Of a DNA stretch of 53,727 nt, positions 38,369 to 47,840 are shown piece by piece. Origin of the DNA: a virus (lineage: Duplodnaviria; Caudoviricetes); IMG/VR virus record IMGVR_UViG_3300027721_000020, positions 1 through 53,727 of that record. One strand, written 5' to 3'. Below the pieces are notes generated by a model. The model searched no databases. It saw nothing but the letters and a program-made list of their open reading frames with translations, and had not been told where the DNA came from. The stretch's first letter is position 1, and each line of letters starts with the position of its first letter. Made by a program: the position numbers and the translations under genes.

Positions 38369-38474
38369 CTCGGTAGATGAGAGCAAGTGGGAGGCTTTCA
38401 GTTGTTTGTTTGTACTGTTTGTTTGTGCTTTATTACTTTTGCTAATTAGTAGCTTAGTATCCTACGCTGGATAA
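38355..38474 (+). CDS. Small single-TM peptide, 39 aa (absent from ORF track)
   Basis: MSRLNSVDESKWEAFSCLFVLFVCALLLLLISSLVSYAG; overlaps upstream stop. Confidence 0.45.
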   Translation: MSRLNSVDESKWEAFSCLFVLFVCALLLLLISSLVSYAG

Positions 38475-38503
38475 TCGTGTGTGTGAATTTAAAAAAAATA
38501 ATA

Positions 38504-38722
38504 ATGAAAAAATCAAAAGTTTCCTCATCAGTAAGAGCCAATATCTCGTTTTATGCCGTTGAAAACGGATTCTCCTCATTTGTTGGAGAAGGTAAAGAGA
38601 TAAAATTAGGAAATGGTAGCCGATACGCCATCATAAAAAATAAAAAGTATCGAATTGATTTTGACGGGGTAAATAACTCCGAGTTAATCGGATTGGAATC
38701 AAACAAAAAAATACAATTATGA
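38504..38722 (+). CDS. Hypothetical protein
   Basis: Likely start MKKSKV. Confidence 0.6.
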   Translation: MKKSKVSSSVRANISFYAVENGFSSFVGEGKEIKLGNGSRYAIIKNKKYRIDFDGVNNSELIGLESNKKIQL

Positions 38723-39006
38723 AGACAAAATTTAAGAGTATCTGGACGATTGTGAAGGAAAAAATATGGTTTGATAAACTGCATGATTCCTATTCAGGAG
38801 TAAAAGACTTATACAAAGGAGCTTATGATTCCCTTACTGAGGAACAACGCTTAGAGATGTTAAATCTGGAAAAGGAGGAATTAGACCTTCTGTACAAATA
38901 TGGAGACTTGCGAATGCACAAAACTACCACAAGGGATGTGCTAAGTTGGCAGGAGAGAGTTGATGCTTTCTACAAAAAACTTTTGCCTAAGGATAAATTA
39001 ATGTAA
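38719..39006 (+). CDS. Hypothetical protein
   Basis: 95 aa, ATGA overlap with previous gene. Confidence 0.65.
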   Translation: MKTKFKSIWTIVKEKIWFDKLHDSYSGVKDLYKGAYDSLTEEQRLEMLNLEKEELDLLYKYGDLRMHKTTTRDVLSWQERVDAFYKKLLPKDKLM

Positions 39007-39040
39007 ACATATTTTTTAAACTAAATTAATTCAAATAATT

Positions 39041-39346
39041 ATGAAAACATTGGAGATAGCATTGTATGTTATGGCATTTCTTGCCGTTGTTGCAGGAATA
39101 GCTTATTTTGAATGTAGATCAAAGTTCACTAACTTTGTGGCAGAGCAGGAAATTTTGACAAAAGAAAAGAAGGCTCAGATAGGTTATATTATGCCTGTGG
39201 TTAAGGAGAAAAAAATTAATTATGAATTTCTTAAGACTTATACCAAAGGTGTCGGAGAGCTTATTAACTCAGAAGGAAAATCCGCTGAACAAAGACAAAG
39301 CGAAAAGGAAATAATGGAATTGTACAAGCAAATGAACAAATTTTAA
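39041..39346 (+). CDS. N-terminal membrane-anchored hypothetical protein
   Basis: IALYVMAFLAVVAGIAYF TM. Confidence 0.65.
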   Translation: MKTLEIALYVMAFLAVVAGIAYFECRSKFTNFVAEQEILTKEKKAQIGYIMPVVKEKKINYEFLKTYTKGVGELINSEGKSAEQRQSEKEIMELYKQMNKF

Positions 39347-39348
39347 AA

Positions 39349-39498
39349 ATGAAACGAAAACGGATAAAAAAACCAGCGGGTAAAAGTAAAATCGACACAC
39401 TGACCATAGAAGTACTTGAATGCGAAAAAATTAAACTTCTTAAAATAGCTGAAAGCATTACAAAAAATAGTGTAATAACAAAAAATAAATCTAATTAA
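39349..39498 (+). CDS. Basic hypothetical protein, 49 aa (absent from ORF track)
   Basis: MKRKRIKKPAGKSKIDTLTIEVLECEKIKLL...; fills gap. Confidence 0.45.
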   Translation: MKRKRIKKPAGKSKIDTLTIEVLECEKIKLLKIAESITKNSVITKNKSN

Positions 39499-39509
39499 AA
39501 CTTGGTAAA

Positions 39510-39710
39510 ATGGAAAATGTAAAAAATCATGAATGCAATACCGACGGAGATAATTTTTTCTTCAATGGAAACGGGGAGTACTTCAATGTGAAGGAAACAA
39601 AAGGAATGAGCCCAATGGAAAAAATGGCATGGATGCAGGAAAAGAACACAATGGGGGTATGCCATTCATGCTCAATCTGCGGCAGGTATATGACAATAGC
39701 AGTATACTAA
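39510..39710 (+). CDS. Small Cys/His zinc-binding hypothetical protein
   Basis: HEC..CHSCSICGR; degenerate start box TAAAACTTGGTAAAATG. Confidence 0.6.
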   Translation: MENVKNHECNTDGDNFFFNGNGEYFNVKETKGMSPMEKMAWMQEKNTMGVCHSCSICGRYMTIAVY

Positions 39711-39712
39711 TT

Positions 39713-39871
39713 ATGTGCTGGTTACAAAAATGCTTGCTTTGGTTCCTACTAGGAGCATGTGAAAAATGTGGAGGAAAAATGGTTAATGAGGATAAAGGTA
39801 ATTACTCTTATTTTGCTGAAATTCCTCCGCATAAAGTATGTGAAAAATGTGGATTTATGGAAGAAGTTTAA
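39713..39871 (+). CDS. Small zinc-ribbon protein
   Basis: CEKCGG...CEKCGF. Confidence 0.55.
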   Translation: MCWLQKCLLWFLLGACEKCGGKMVNEDKGNYSYFAEIPPHKVCEKCGFMEEV

Positions 39872-39884
39872 AAAAAATTAGGAA

Positions 39885-41690
39885 ATGGCGAATAAATTCA
39901 TGGCTCTTAAAATGGCTAACTTATTTGAGATAGGAGACGATACGGTAATTCGTTTGGTCTTCCCTTTCAACCAGTACACCATTGATAATGTTAAGGCAAT
40001 ACCAGGAAGAAGGTATTCGGTTGAGCAAAAATATTGGACCGTCCCTCTACGAATAGAGAACTATTTTGAACTGAAGGAACTTCTTTTTTCCTTCGGTAGT
40101 GAATTGCAAAATTGGGCTGATAATGAGATCAGATCAAAAAAAGCCAAGTCTGTTAACCTTGACTTATCGGGGGTAAAAGGGACATTGTTGCCGTATCAAA
40201 TTGAAGGGGTCAAAGCGATTGAAAATAATGAAGGAAGGTGTCTATTGGCAGATGAGATGGGACTAGGTAAAACAGTACAAGCTTTGGTATGGCTTCACAC
40301 TCATCCCGAATTGCGTCCGGCACTCGTGGTTTGCCCTGCTAGTTTGAAATTAAATTGGGAGAAGGAAGCGTTAAAATGGATTAAGTGTAAGGATGTTCAG
40401 GTATTAGAAGGGAAGGAACTTGTTGCTTTGTCAAATGATATTATTATTATTAATTATGACATTATCGGAAATGATTCGAGACAATCTATCTCTAAAACAG
40501 GAGAACCCATGTTTAAGCCCAATGGTAAGCCTCGTATGGAAGAAATACCTAATTCTGGCTGGCAAGATGAATTGATTGCACATAACATCAAGGTAATAAT
40601 TTTGGATGAATCACATTACATCAAAAACGAAAACACCAAAAGAGCTACAGGAGTAAGGTCAATTTGCAGAGGAGTAAAACATATATTAGCTCTTACTGGT
40701 ACACCTATTGAAAATAGGCCTATTGAACTATATAATATTGTGGCTATGCTAAAGCCTACGTTATTTCCGAATAAATGGAACTACCAGCACCGATTTTGCG
40801 GAGCAAAGCACAACGGTTTTGGATGGGATTTTTCGGGGTCGAGCAATACGGAGGAACTTCATGAACTATTGACAAAATGGGTCATGATAAGGCGCATGAA
40901 AAGGGATGTTTTGCAAGATTTGCCGGATAAGATCTACTCATATATTCCGCTAAGAATTACTAACAGAGGAGAATATCGTAAGGCAGAGCAGGATTTTGTG
41001 GATTATTTACAAAATAAGGTATTAGGCACTTTGCAAAATAAGGTGGAGGAAAGTATGCAATTAGGTTTTCCTGAGATGCAGTTCACCGAAGCGTCTGTGG
41101 AAAATCTCAAACAAAGTATAGCGGACAAAACGAACCCATTAACAATAATAAGTGGATTAAAACAGTTAGCTGCACAAGGTAAAATAAACGGGATGTTAGA
41201 ATGGGTAGAGGATTTTCTGGAATCTGGCGAAAAACTTGTCTTATTTTGTGAACATATATTTGTAGTGGACGCCGTAATGGAGAAGTTCAACAAGGTGGCT
41301 GTGAAGGTCATAGGAGGAATGTCTGCAAAAAATAAGGAACTGTCAGTAACACAGTTCCAAGAAAACAAAAAAATAAAACTATTTGTAGGCACTTCTGCGG
41401 CAGAAGTAGGTTACACTTTGACCGCTGCATCAAATGTAGGAATTATTGAATTCCCCTGGAAACCTGGGCAACTATCCCAACGGGTAGATAGGCTACATAG
41501 AATCGGACAAAAGAATGCTGTTAATGTGTATTATTTCATCGGGGTAAGAACTATTGATGCGAAAATTGCCGAATTACTTGATGGAAAACAGAAGGTGCTA
41601 GATGCGGTATTAGATGGAAAAGAGACCGAAACGGTTAATTTAATCACAGAACTCATAAAAAAATATAAAAATGGAAATATCTCTAACTAA
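39885..41690 (+). CDS. SNF2-family (HARP/SMARCAL1-like) helicase
   Basis: LADEMGLGKT, VVCPASL, ILDESH, ALTGTPIEN, RLHRIGQ; N-terminal HARP-like segment. Confidence 0.93.
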   Translation: MANKFMALKMANLFEIGDDTVIRLVFPFNQYTIDNVKAIPGRRYSVEQKYWTVPLRIENYFELKELLFSFGSELQNWADNEIRSKKAKSVNLDLSGVKGTLLPYQIEGVKAIENNEGRCLLADEMGLGKTVQALVWLHTHPELRPALVVCPASLKLNWEKEALKWIKCKDVQVLEGKELVALSNDIIIINYDIIGNDSRQSISKTGEPMFKPNGKPRMEEIPNSGWQDELIAHNIKVIILDESHYIKNENTKRATGVRSICRGVKHILALTGTPIENRPIELYNIVAMLKPTLFPNKWNYQHRFCGAKHNGFGWDFSGSSNTEELHELLTKWVMIRRMKRDVLQDLPDKIYSYIPLRITNRGEYRKAEQDFVDYLQNKVLGTLQNKVEESMQLGFPEMQFTEASVENLKQSIADKTNPLTIISGLKQLAAQGKINGMLEWVEDFLESGEKLVLFCEHIFVVDAVMEKFNKVAVKVIGGMSAKNKELSVTQFQENKKIKLFVGTSAAEVGYTLTAASNVGIIEFPWKPGQLSQRVDRLHRIGQKNAVNVYYFIGVRTIDAKIAELLDGKQKVLDAVLDGKETETVNLITELIKKYKNGNISN

Positions 41691-42093
41691 TAGATTACAC
41701 TCATTTGAGAAAATGAATGGTGTGACCTTATATTCAAAAAAATATGGACACCATGATATGTATAAATGTGCAAAATGCGGAATCGAGGGGATACGTATAG
41801 GTTTGCATCCTTCTATTTTTTTACAACGCCTATACGATAGTGGTATAATCAGAGGTTGTAAGGATAGTGATAATTCATGGGTAGGGGTATTGATAGTAAT
41901 TCGACAGTGCTCGGCTGCAGGTCCTAGAGTTGATAACTTAACCCCTGATTCAATCCATGTAACGGTCGCTCCTCCAGACAATGAATATACAGGAGACATT
42001 GGGGTCTGGGTAATGGGTACTACTGAACCTGTAAAAATATTATGGTCAGAATTTTCAAAATATATTATGAAACGAACAAAAAAAAGGATATGA
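41671..42093 (+). CDS. Hypothetical Cys-containing protein
   Basis: DMYKCAKCGIEG; GVWVMG; ends MKRTKKRI. Confidence 0.65.
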   Translation: MEISLTNRLHSFEKMNGVTLYSKKYGHHDMYKCAKCGIEGIRIGLHPSIFLQRLYDSGIIRGCKDSDNSWVGVLIVIRQCSAAGPRVDNLTPDSIHVTVAPPDNEYTGDIGVWVMGTTEPVKILWSEFSKYIMKRTKKRI

Positions 42094-42290
42094 AAAAAAT
42101 GAAAAAAATTAAAATAATATTTATTTGGATAACATCAATCACAATTGTACTAATTGGTTGGATATCCATCTTATTTTACAGAGGATTAGCTGAATACTCT
42201 CCGTTTTTAACGGTGGTAAGTACATTTACAATAGGTCCTGCAATACTTTGGTATATTGAACTTTTAATTAATTTATTTACAGAGGATTAG
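42090..42290 (+). CDS. Small two-TM membrane protein
   Basis: Two hydrophobic segments. Confidence 0.6.
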   Translation: MKKMKKIKIIFIWITSITIVLIGWISILFYRGLAEYSPFLTVVSTFTIGPAILWYIELLINLFTED

Positions 42291-42292
42291 CA

Positions 42293-43204
42293 ATGGACAT
42301 TGAATCATTATACAGAGATCATAACATTAGGTATCAATCCGAAGGTCATAAGCATTGCAGACCAGGATGGATAAATACAGTGTGTCCTTTCTGTACTGGA
42401 GAACACGCTGGACTGCATCTTGGATATGATCTTGTCGGCAATAAGTTTGTATGTTGGCGCTGTGGAGGACATTGGACAGACCTCACTATTTCCAAACTCC
42501 TGAACATAACAAAACAAGAGGCTAATACAATTATCAGGCAATACGGAGCTTTGACAAGGAAAGCACCTGAAATGAAGAGGAAAATACGTATACTATCCTT
42601 TAAATTACCTGCTAATACCTCTGCATTGCAAGCTAATCATACTAAATATCTTACCAATCGTATGTTTGATGTGGATAAGCTTGTACATGAATGGAAAATC
42701 CAAGGCACAGGAGTCTCAGCTAAATTAGACAATATCGAGTATAAGCATAGGATTGTAATTCCATTTTTCTGGAATGGAGTTATGGTATCATTTGATAGCA
42801 GAGATATTACCAACAAATCCCAGTACAAGTATATGGCTTGTCCAGAAGCAAGGGAATTAATCGGGCATAAGCAAATATTGTATGGTCGAAAGGATAAATG
42901 GGGTAAGACAGGAATATGTGTAGAAGGCCCGACGGATGTATGGCGTTTCGGATTCAATTCATTTGCCACGTCAGGAATAAAATACACCCCTGCGCAATTA
43001 CGAATAATGGCTAAGACATTCACTAGGATTCCTGTTATATTCGACAATGATATAGGAAACCCTCAGGCAAAAATACAAGCCAACAAATTAGTAGCAGAGC
43101 TGAAATTTAGAGGAGTAGACGCCTTTAGAGTTGACATTGAAGGAGATCCTGGAGGAATGAAACAAACAGAAGCGGATTATTTAATCAAACAATTATTAAA
43201 ATAA
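42293..43204 (+). CDS. DNA primase (zinc-binding plus TOPRIM)
   Basis: CPFC..CWRCG, RIVIPF, CVEGPTD, IFDND, GDPG. Confidence 0.9.
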   Translation: MDIESLYRDHNIRYQSEGHKHCRPGWINTVCPFCTGEHAGLHLGYDLVGNKFVCWRCGGHWTDLTISKLLNITKQEANTIIRQYGALTRKAPEMKRKIRILSFKLPANTSALQANHTKYLTNRMFDVDKLVHEWKIQGTGVSAKLDNIEYKHRIVIPFFWNGVMVSFDSRDITNKSQYKYMACPEARELIGHKQILYGRKDKWGKTGICVEGPTDVWRFGFNSFATSGIKYTPAQLRIMAKTFTRIPVIFDNDIGNPQAKIQANKLVAELKFRGVDAFRVDIEGDPGGMKQTEADYLIKQLLK

Positions 43205-43211
43205 TAACAGT

Positions 43212-43454
43212 ATGTATAGTAATCGAACATGGTTAAATCCTATAGAATCGGACAGTACAGGTTCTATTGTATGTTACAGCGGAAAAGTTACATACAAAAG
43301 AAAACCAGTGAGTTCCACATTTATAGAAATATCGGATTGTCAAAATAAAGTAAGACTCCATCTATCATCAGATGACACTGTGGAGGATTTTATCCGCAAA
43401 TTAAGTGTATTAAAAAAAGAGATTGGAAAATTTATAGAGTATTTAGACCAATAA
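43212..43454 (+). CDS. Hypothetical protein
   Basis: RTWLNP..STG..ISDCQNKVRLH..FIRKL. Confidence 0.65.
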   Translation: MYSNRTWLNPIESDSTGSIVCYSGKVTYKRKPVSSTFIEISDCQNKVRLHLSSDDTVEDFIRKLSVLKKEIGKFIEYLDQ

Positions 43455-43457
43455 TAT

Positions 43458-43679
43458 ATGGAAAATGTGACTAAATGTAACAATGAGGACAGTACAGGGG
43501 ATGGTGGACATTATTTTTTGGCGATAATAGATATGATAGAAATTATATCTAAGATTAATGAAAATTATGGTGTGCTTTCGTGCTCAATTTGTGGAAATGA
43601 CTTAAAATGGTCTAAAGCAATTAATGGCCATATTAAAGGAAAATGTCTTACGGAAAATTGTGCATCCTGGATGATGTAA
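43458..43679 (+). CDS. Small zinc-ribbon-like protein
   Basis: CSICG..NGH..C.TENC. Confidence 0.6.
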   Translation: MENVTKCNNEDSTGDGGHYFLAIIDMIEIISKINENYGVLSCSICGNDLKWSKAINGHIKGKCLTENCASWMM

Positions 43680-43754
43680 CTCGAATTAAATTATTATTTG
43701 TAACTTTACGTTCTATTTAGAACGGTGTTTTAGTATTAATTTTAAATTTTTTGT

Positions 43755-44159
43755 ATGAAACCAATTAAAACGTTGTTTGCTTTGTTTGCCTTGTTTTCTT
43801 GCATGTTTGTTGCAGGAAAAGCTTACGGATTATCAAGTACGGATATTTTTACAGGGAAGGAGGTGTCCGTTATGGAAAGCACTAACTCCGTACTGCCATT
43901 AAATACCTTTATTTGCAGTGAGTTTGCTTACTATTATTCATCTTTAGGCTTACATTTTTTGGTCGAATCAGGAAAAGACGTGTTTACGTTTCCTGAGGAA
44001 ACCGATTGGGGCAATTATGTGCAGGGCATGACACATATACCTTATTTCAGGCAAAATAAGTTTCCTTCATATACACGGTCAGGACAAATTTGCCGAAAAA
44101 TACCGACATTAGAAAATTTAGGTGGACTATCTTGCGGCGGACAAGGAGATAGATGTTAA
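43755..44159 (+). CDS. Secreted/lipoprotein candidate
   Basis: Signal peptide MKPIKTLFALFALFSC; own TAACTTTAC element at 43701. Confidence 0.55.
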   Translation: MKPIKTLFALFALFSCMFVAGKAYGLSSTDIFTGKEVSVMESTNSVLPLNTFICSEFAYYYSSLGLHFLVESGKDVFTFPEETDWGNYVQGMTHIPYFRQNKFPSYTRSGQICRKIPTLENLGGLSCGGQGDRC

Positions 44160-44250
44160 TAATATCACATTATAATACTTTGATTATCATATTATTAGGT
44201 ATTATTTTCGATTTAATTTTTGGGGGTTAATTATTTTTTGTACTTTTACG

Positions 44251-44307
44251 TTACTCTACAAAATAATGCTAAATTGTGCCATAATATATCATTATTTTGT
44301 AGAGTAA
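44251..44307. repeat. Perfect 18-bp inverted repeat with 21-nt loop
   Basis: TTACTCTACAAAATAATG (44251..44268) and CATTATTTTGTAGAGTAA (44290..44307). Confidence 0.9.
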
Positions 44308-44332
44308 ATTGTTATTAGTTTTTAGTTGAATC

Positions 44333-44388
44333 AAAAGTCTTTGGGGAGTAGGTGAGGCACCACTGAAACCCAAGGGCTTTTTTATTTT
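44333..44388 (+). terminator. Terminator/attenuator-like hairpin upstream of replication initiator
   Basis: AAAAGTCTTTGGG...CCCAAGGGCTTTT followed by T-tract. Confidence 0.6.
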
Positions 44389-44482
44389 AAAAATTTCATG
44401 ATATGAATACAATAAAGGAGAAAAAAGAACTATTAAAAAACCATAATACAGGAAATGGAATCCACAAATAAATAGACGGTAT

Positions 44483-45292
44483 ATGAAAAATACAAATTAT
44501 TTTGTTATTCAAGGATGGATGATAAATGAATTAAAACTAGGTGGAACGAATCTTATGATTTACGCCATAATTTATGGATTTTCACAGGATGAAAATTCCT
44601 CATATACTGGAAGTTTAGCATATTTAGCATCTTGGGTCAATGCAAGTAAACCTACTGTAATTAAGGCACTAAAGGAACTGGTAGACTTGGAGTTAATTTA
44701 CAAACATACCGAAGTTAAAAATAAGATAATTTTCAACTCGTATAAGGTATTAACGGTAGTAAAGGAACTTTACGGGGGTAGTAAAGAACCTTTACAGGGG
44801 GGTAGTAAAGAACCTTTACTCAATAATAAACAATATATACATAAAGAAATAAATAATAAAAAAAATAAACAAAAAAAAACTGAAATCATTACAAAAATGG
44901 AAAGGACTAAACCTTCCAAAATAAAAGAATCCATATCCGCCAAATCAACATTACCGAACTTCTATTTCGATTACGGATTTTTCACAAATGATTTTTCCAA
45001 AATATGGTTTGATGAATTCCTTCCATTGAAAAAAAGGAAGAAAGCAGCGATTACTGAACGAGCATTGAATTCCCAATTGAAAAAAATAAGCAATTATAGC
45101 CAAAATAATTATGATACTGCCTTAGAAATCCTTGAAAATAGTGTTAATGCGGGTTGGTCAGATTTTTATCCATTAAAAAATAAAACCAATTACACTCCAA
45201 CAAACAAATTAGGCTCCCGTTCTCAAACTTCCCATACCATTGACTATTCGAGCAAGGGGAAAAAAATACTTCATTTTTCTGAAATGTCATAA
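44483..45292 (+). CDS. Replication initiator (winged HTH, replisome-organiser/lambda O-like)
   Basis: LMIYAIIYGFSQD..YTGSLAYLA..SKPTVIKALKELV; internal iterons; followed by DnaC-like gene. Confidence 0.8.
   Translation: MKNTNYFVIQGWMINELKLGGTNLMIYAIIYGFSQDENSSYTGSLAYLASWVNASKPTVIKALKELVDLELIYKHTEVKNKIIFNSYKVLTVVKELYGGSKEPLQGGSKEPLLNNKQYIHKEINNKKNKQKKTEIITKMERTKPSKIKESISAKSTLPNFYFDYGFFTNDFSKIWFDEFLPLKKRKKAAITERALNSQLKKISNYSQNNYDTALEILENSVNAGWSDFYPLKNKTNYTPTNKLGSRSQTSHTIDYSSKGKKILHFSEMS
44755..44819 (+). repeat. Three 19-bp iterons (putative origin) followed by an A-rich tract
   Basis: GGTAGTAAAGGAACTTTAC at 44755; GGTAGTAAAGAACCTTTAC at 44777 and 44801; each contains GTAAAG..CTTTAC dyad. Confidence 0.8.
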
Positions 45293-45296
45293 ATTA

Positions 45297-45893
45297 ATGA
45301 TTATGAAAGAGTTCAAACATGCACCAATAGAAATTCAGGCTGAAAGGAATACTTTTTGGCAGGAAAATAAAAAACAGGAAATAATAAAATACTTCTCTCC
45401 AAGAGTAGCTAAGGTAATATCGGAGGTATACTCACCAAGTATGGAGTACCCTATCCCCAGTTGCTACATGTATGGTAAAACAAGGACAGGCAAAACAATT
45501 GCCGTGTATATTCGGTTATTAGAATGGTGCAGAATCCAATACATTAATAGAGGAATGATGAATTACAAGGTAACCTCTGTATTGCACCTGCTTGAAAGTC
45601 TTAGGAATAATTACAATAATCCTGAAATAAAGGAATTAATTGTCAGTGATGCGAAAAATGCAAGATTGCTGGTATTAGATGATTTTGGAGCGGAAAAGAT
45701 TACCGAATGGGCGTTCATGATGCTGTATGACATTATTGACCACAGGTATAACAACCTATTGACCACGTTCTACACCTCCAATTTGTCATTGAATGAGCTG
45801 AGTGCCCAATTACAGGATGACAGAATCCCATCCAGAATAGCACAGGATTGCGGTGAAAACATTTTTGAGTTTACAAATAAACCATATATTTAA
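45297..45893 (+). CDS. DnaC/IstB-like helicase loader ATPase
   Basis: GKTRTGKT, LLVLDDFGAE, IIDHRY, YTSNL, DRIPSRI. Confidence 0.9.
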   Translation: MIMKEFKHAPIEIQAERNTFWQENKKQEIIKYFSPRVAKVISEVYSPSMEYPIPSCYMYGKTRTGKTIAVYIRLLEWCRIQYINRGMMNYKVTSVLHLLESLRNNYNNPEIKELIVSDAKNARLLVLDDFGAEKITEWAFMMLYDIIDHRYNNLLTTFYTSNLSLNELSAQLQDDRIPSRIAQDCGENIFEFTNKPYI

Positions 45894-46025
45894 TTCCGTT
45901 CGGTTTAAGCGATTATTTTTTGAAAACAATACATAGACATTGATTTTACATTTTATTAGCTCTCCAGCAAAATTTTACGTTGTTCCGTAAGGTTAAATTA
46001 ATAACTTAAAGTAATTAGTATCATT

Positions 46026-46244
46026 ATGAATGAAAATATAAATTGGACTAAACATAAAGAAGACCTTATAGAGAAGGGAAAATCCCTCAACCAAGTTGAA
46101 CTAAACAAGGTAATTCTTACCTTAGATAATTATAGGAATGGCATCATACTGTCAGTAGACCTACCTAATCGGGAAGTCATATTATTATACATTGAAGGTT
46201 TAATGGAAATATACAAAACCTTAAAAACCACTAACAATTTCTAA
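46026..46244 (+). CDS. Hypothetical protein
   Basis: 72-aa ORF. Confidence 0.55.
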   Translation: MNENINWTKHKEDLIEKGKSLNQVELNKVILTLDNYRNGIILSVDLPNREVILLYIEGLMEIYKTLKTTNNF

Positions 46245-46255
46245 TCATTATAAAA

Positions 46256-47833
46256 ATGATTGAACGTCAAATAATAATTGGACTAATTACGTCCACAGCG
46301 TACCTTAAGAGGATTAAGCCTTCTTGGAATCCTATGTTACTGGAATCCTTTACAGCTAGATTGTTAGCTGATTGGGCATTTTCCCATTTTAAAAAATATG
46401 GAAAGGCTCCTAATAAGGAGATTGAAGCTATTTTTTTCAAAAAAGCAAGGGAAGGATTCAGTATGGTCTTTACAAAGGAAATAGCAGAAGAGATAGAAGA
46501 GGACATCCTGCCGGACCTAAGTGATGAGAGTGTTCACACTGAATTTGATTTAGAATACATGGTATCTGAGACATTGGTTTATTTGCGCTCTAGGCAGATA
46601 CTTATTTATGGTTCGCAGCTCACCAATATAATTGAAAACGGAAAAGGTGATATTGAGGAACGGATAAAACAAGCGGATAACATATCGAAGGAGTTCAAAA
46701 TTGTCAATACAATAAAGGACACAAGTATAGACCTGAGCAAAAAAGAAAGTCGGACAAACATAAAAAAGGCTTTTTGTAGTGCAGGGGACTGCATCGTCCA
46801 TTGGCCAAAACAATTAGGGCGATTTTGGAATGATAATTTTGTAGCAGGAGGATTCCTTTCTATTTTGGCTACTGAAAAACGGGGAAAGACATTTTGGTTA
46901 TTAGAAATTGCCATTCGAGCTGCCAGGCAAGGCAGAAAAGTAGCTTTCTTCCAAGCTGGAGATATGAACGAAGCGGAACAATTGAAGCGGATAGGAGTAT
47001 ACCTTTGCAAGCGTTCCAACTTGGAAAAGTATTGTAGTACTCATTGGGAACCTGTGAGAGACTGCATATTGAATCAAATGGACGAATGCGGAAAATCTGA
47101 AAGGGAATGCGATTACGGCATATTCCAAGAATTGAAAGAGGATGAAATTCGTAAATTAGGAAGCAAGGAGTTAATAGAGGCTGCGGAATCAGTAGAAGAC
47201 TACCTTCCATGCTACAATTGTAAGGATTATGACTTGAAAAAATTAGGAGCTCCTTATGTGAGAAAGGTGAGGAGCGTAGAACCATTAGAATGGAAAGACG
47301 TAGATAACGCTGTGGAGAGATTTTTCCGAAAATTCAAAAGGAGCTTCAAATTAGACACCTCAGCAAGCGGGACACTCTCAATAGATGCTGCTATTTCCAA
47401 AATGGATGCTTGGCAGGAGGAGGATGGATTTGTTGCGGATGTTGTGTTGTTTGACTATGCAGATTTGCTGGTACCTTCAATCAAAACAGAATTCAGGCAC
47501 CAGCAAAACCAAATATGGAAAGACCTGCGGAAGCTTTCACAGACAAAAAGAGAAGGCATACTTCCATTAGTAATATCACCTACGCAGGCTGATGCTCCTG
47601 CCTATAAGGCATATAGACTAAGTTTAGCAAATTTTTCTGAGGATAAACGTAAATATGGGCATGTTACTGCTATGTGGGGACTTAATCAGGACCCATTAGG
47701 ACGGGAAAAAGGAATAGGTCTAATGAGAATTAATGAACTAATTAAACGAGATGGAGATTTTTGCGAAACAAACGAAATAACTGTTTTACAGAATCTTAGG
47801 CAAGGACGACCATTTAAAGGAAGCTATTTTTAA
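46256..47833 (+). CDS. DnaB-like (SF4) replicative helicase with Cys-rich insertion
   Basis: ATEKRGKT, VLFDYADL, SPTQA, FSED motifs. Confidence 0.8.
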   Translation: MIERQIIIGLITSTAYLKRIKPSWNPMLLESFTARLLADWAFSHFKKYGKAPNKEIEAIFFKKAREGFSMVFTKEIAEEIEEDILPDLSDESVHTEFDLEYMVSETLVYLRSRQILIYGSQLTNIIENGKGDIEERIKQADNISKEFKIVNTIKDTSIDLSKKESRTNIKKAFCSAGDCIVHWPKQLGRFWNDNFVAGGFLSILATEKRGKTFWLLEIAIRAARQGRKVAFFQAGDMNEAEQLKRIGVYLCKRSNLEKYCSTHWEPVRDCILNQMDECGKSERECDYGIFQELKEDEIRKLGSKELIEAAESVEDYLPCYNCKDYDLKKLGAPYVRKVRSVEPLEWKDVDNAVERFFRKFKRSFKLDTSASGTLSIDAAISKMDAWQEEDGFVADVVLFDYADLLVPSIKTEFRHQQNQIWKDLRKLSQTKREGILPLVISPTQADAPAYKAYRLSLANFSEDKRKYGHVTAMWGLNQDPLGREKGIGLMRINELIKRDGDFCETNEITVLQNLRQGRPFKGSYF

Positions 47834-47840
47834 AAAAATA

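Noticed and set aside
44755-44819. Three short repeats as mini-CRISPR
   Set aside because: Gaps of only 3-5 bp and location inside the initiator fit iterons
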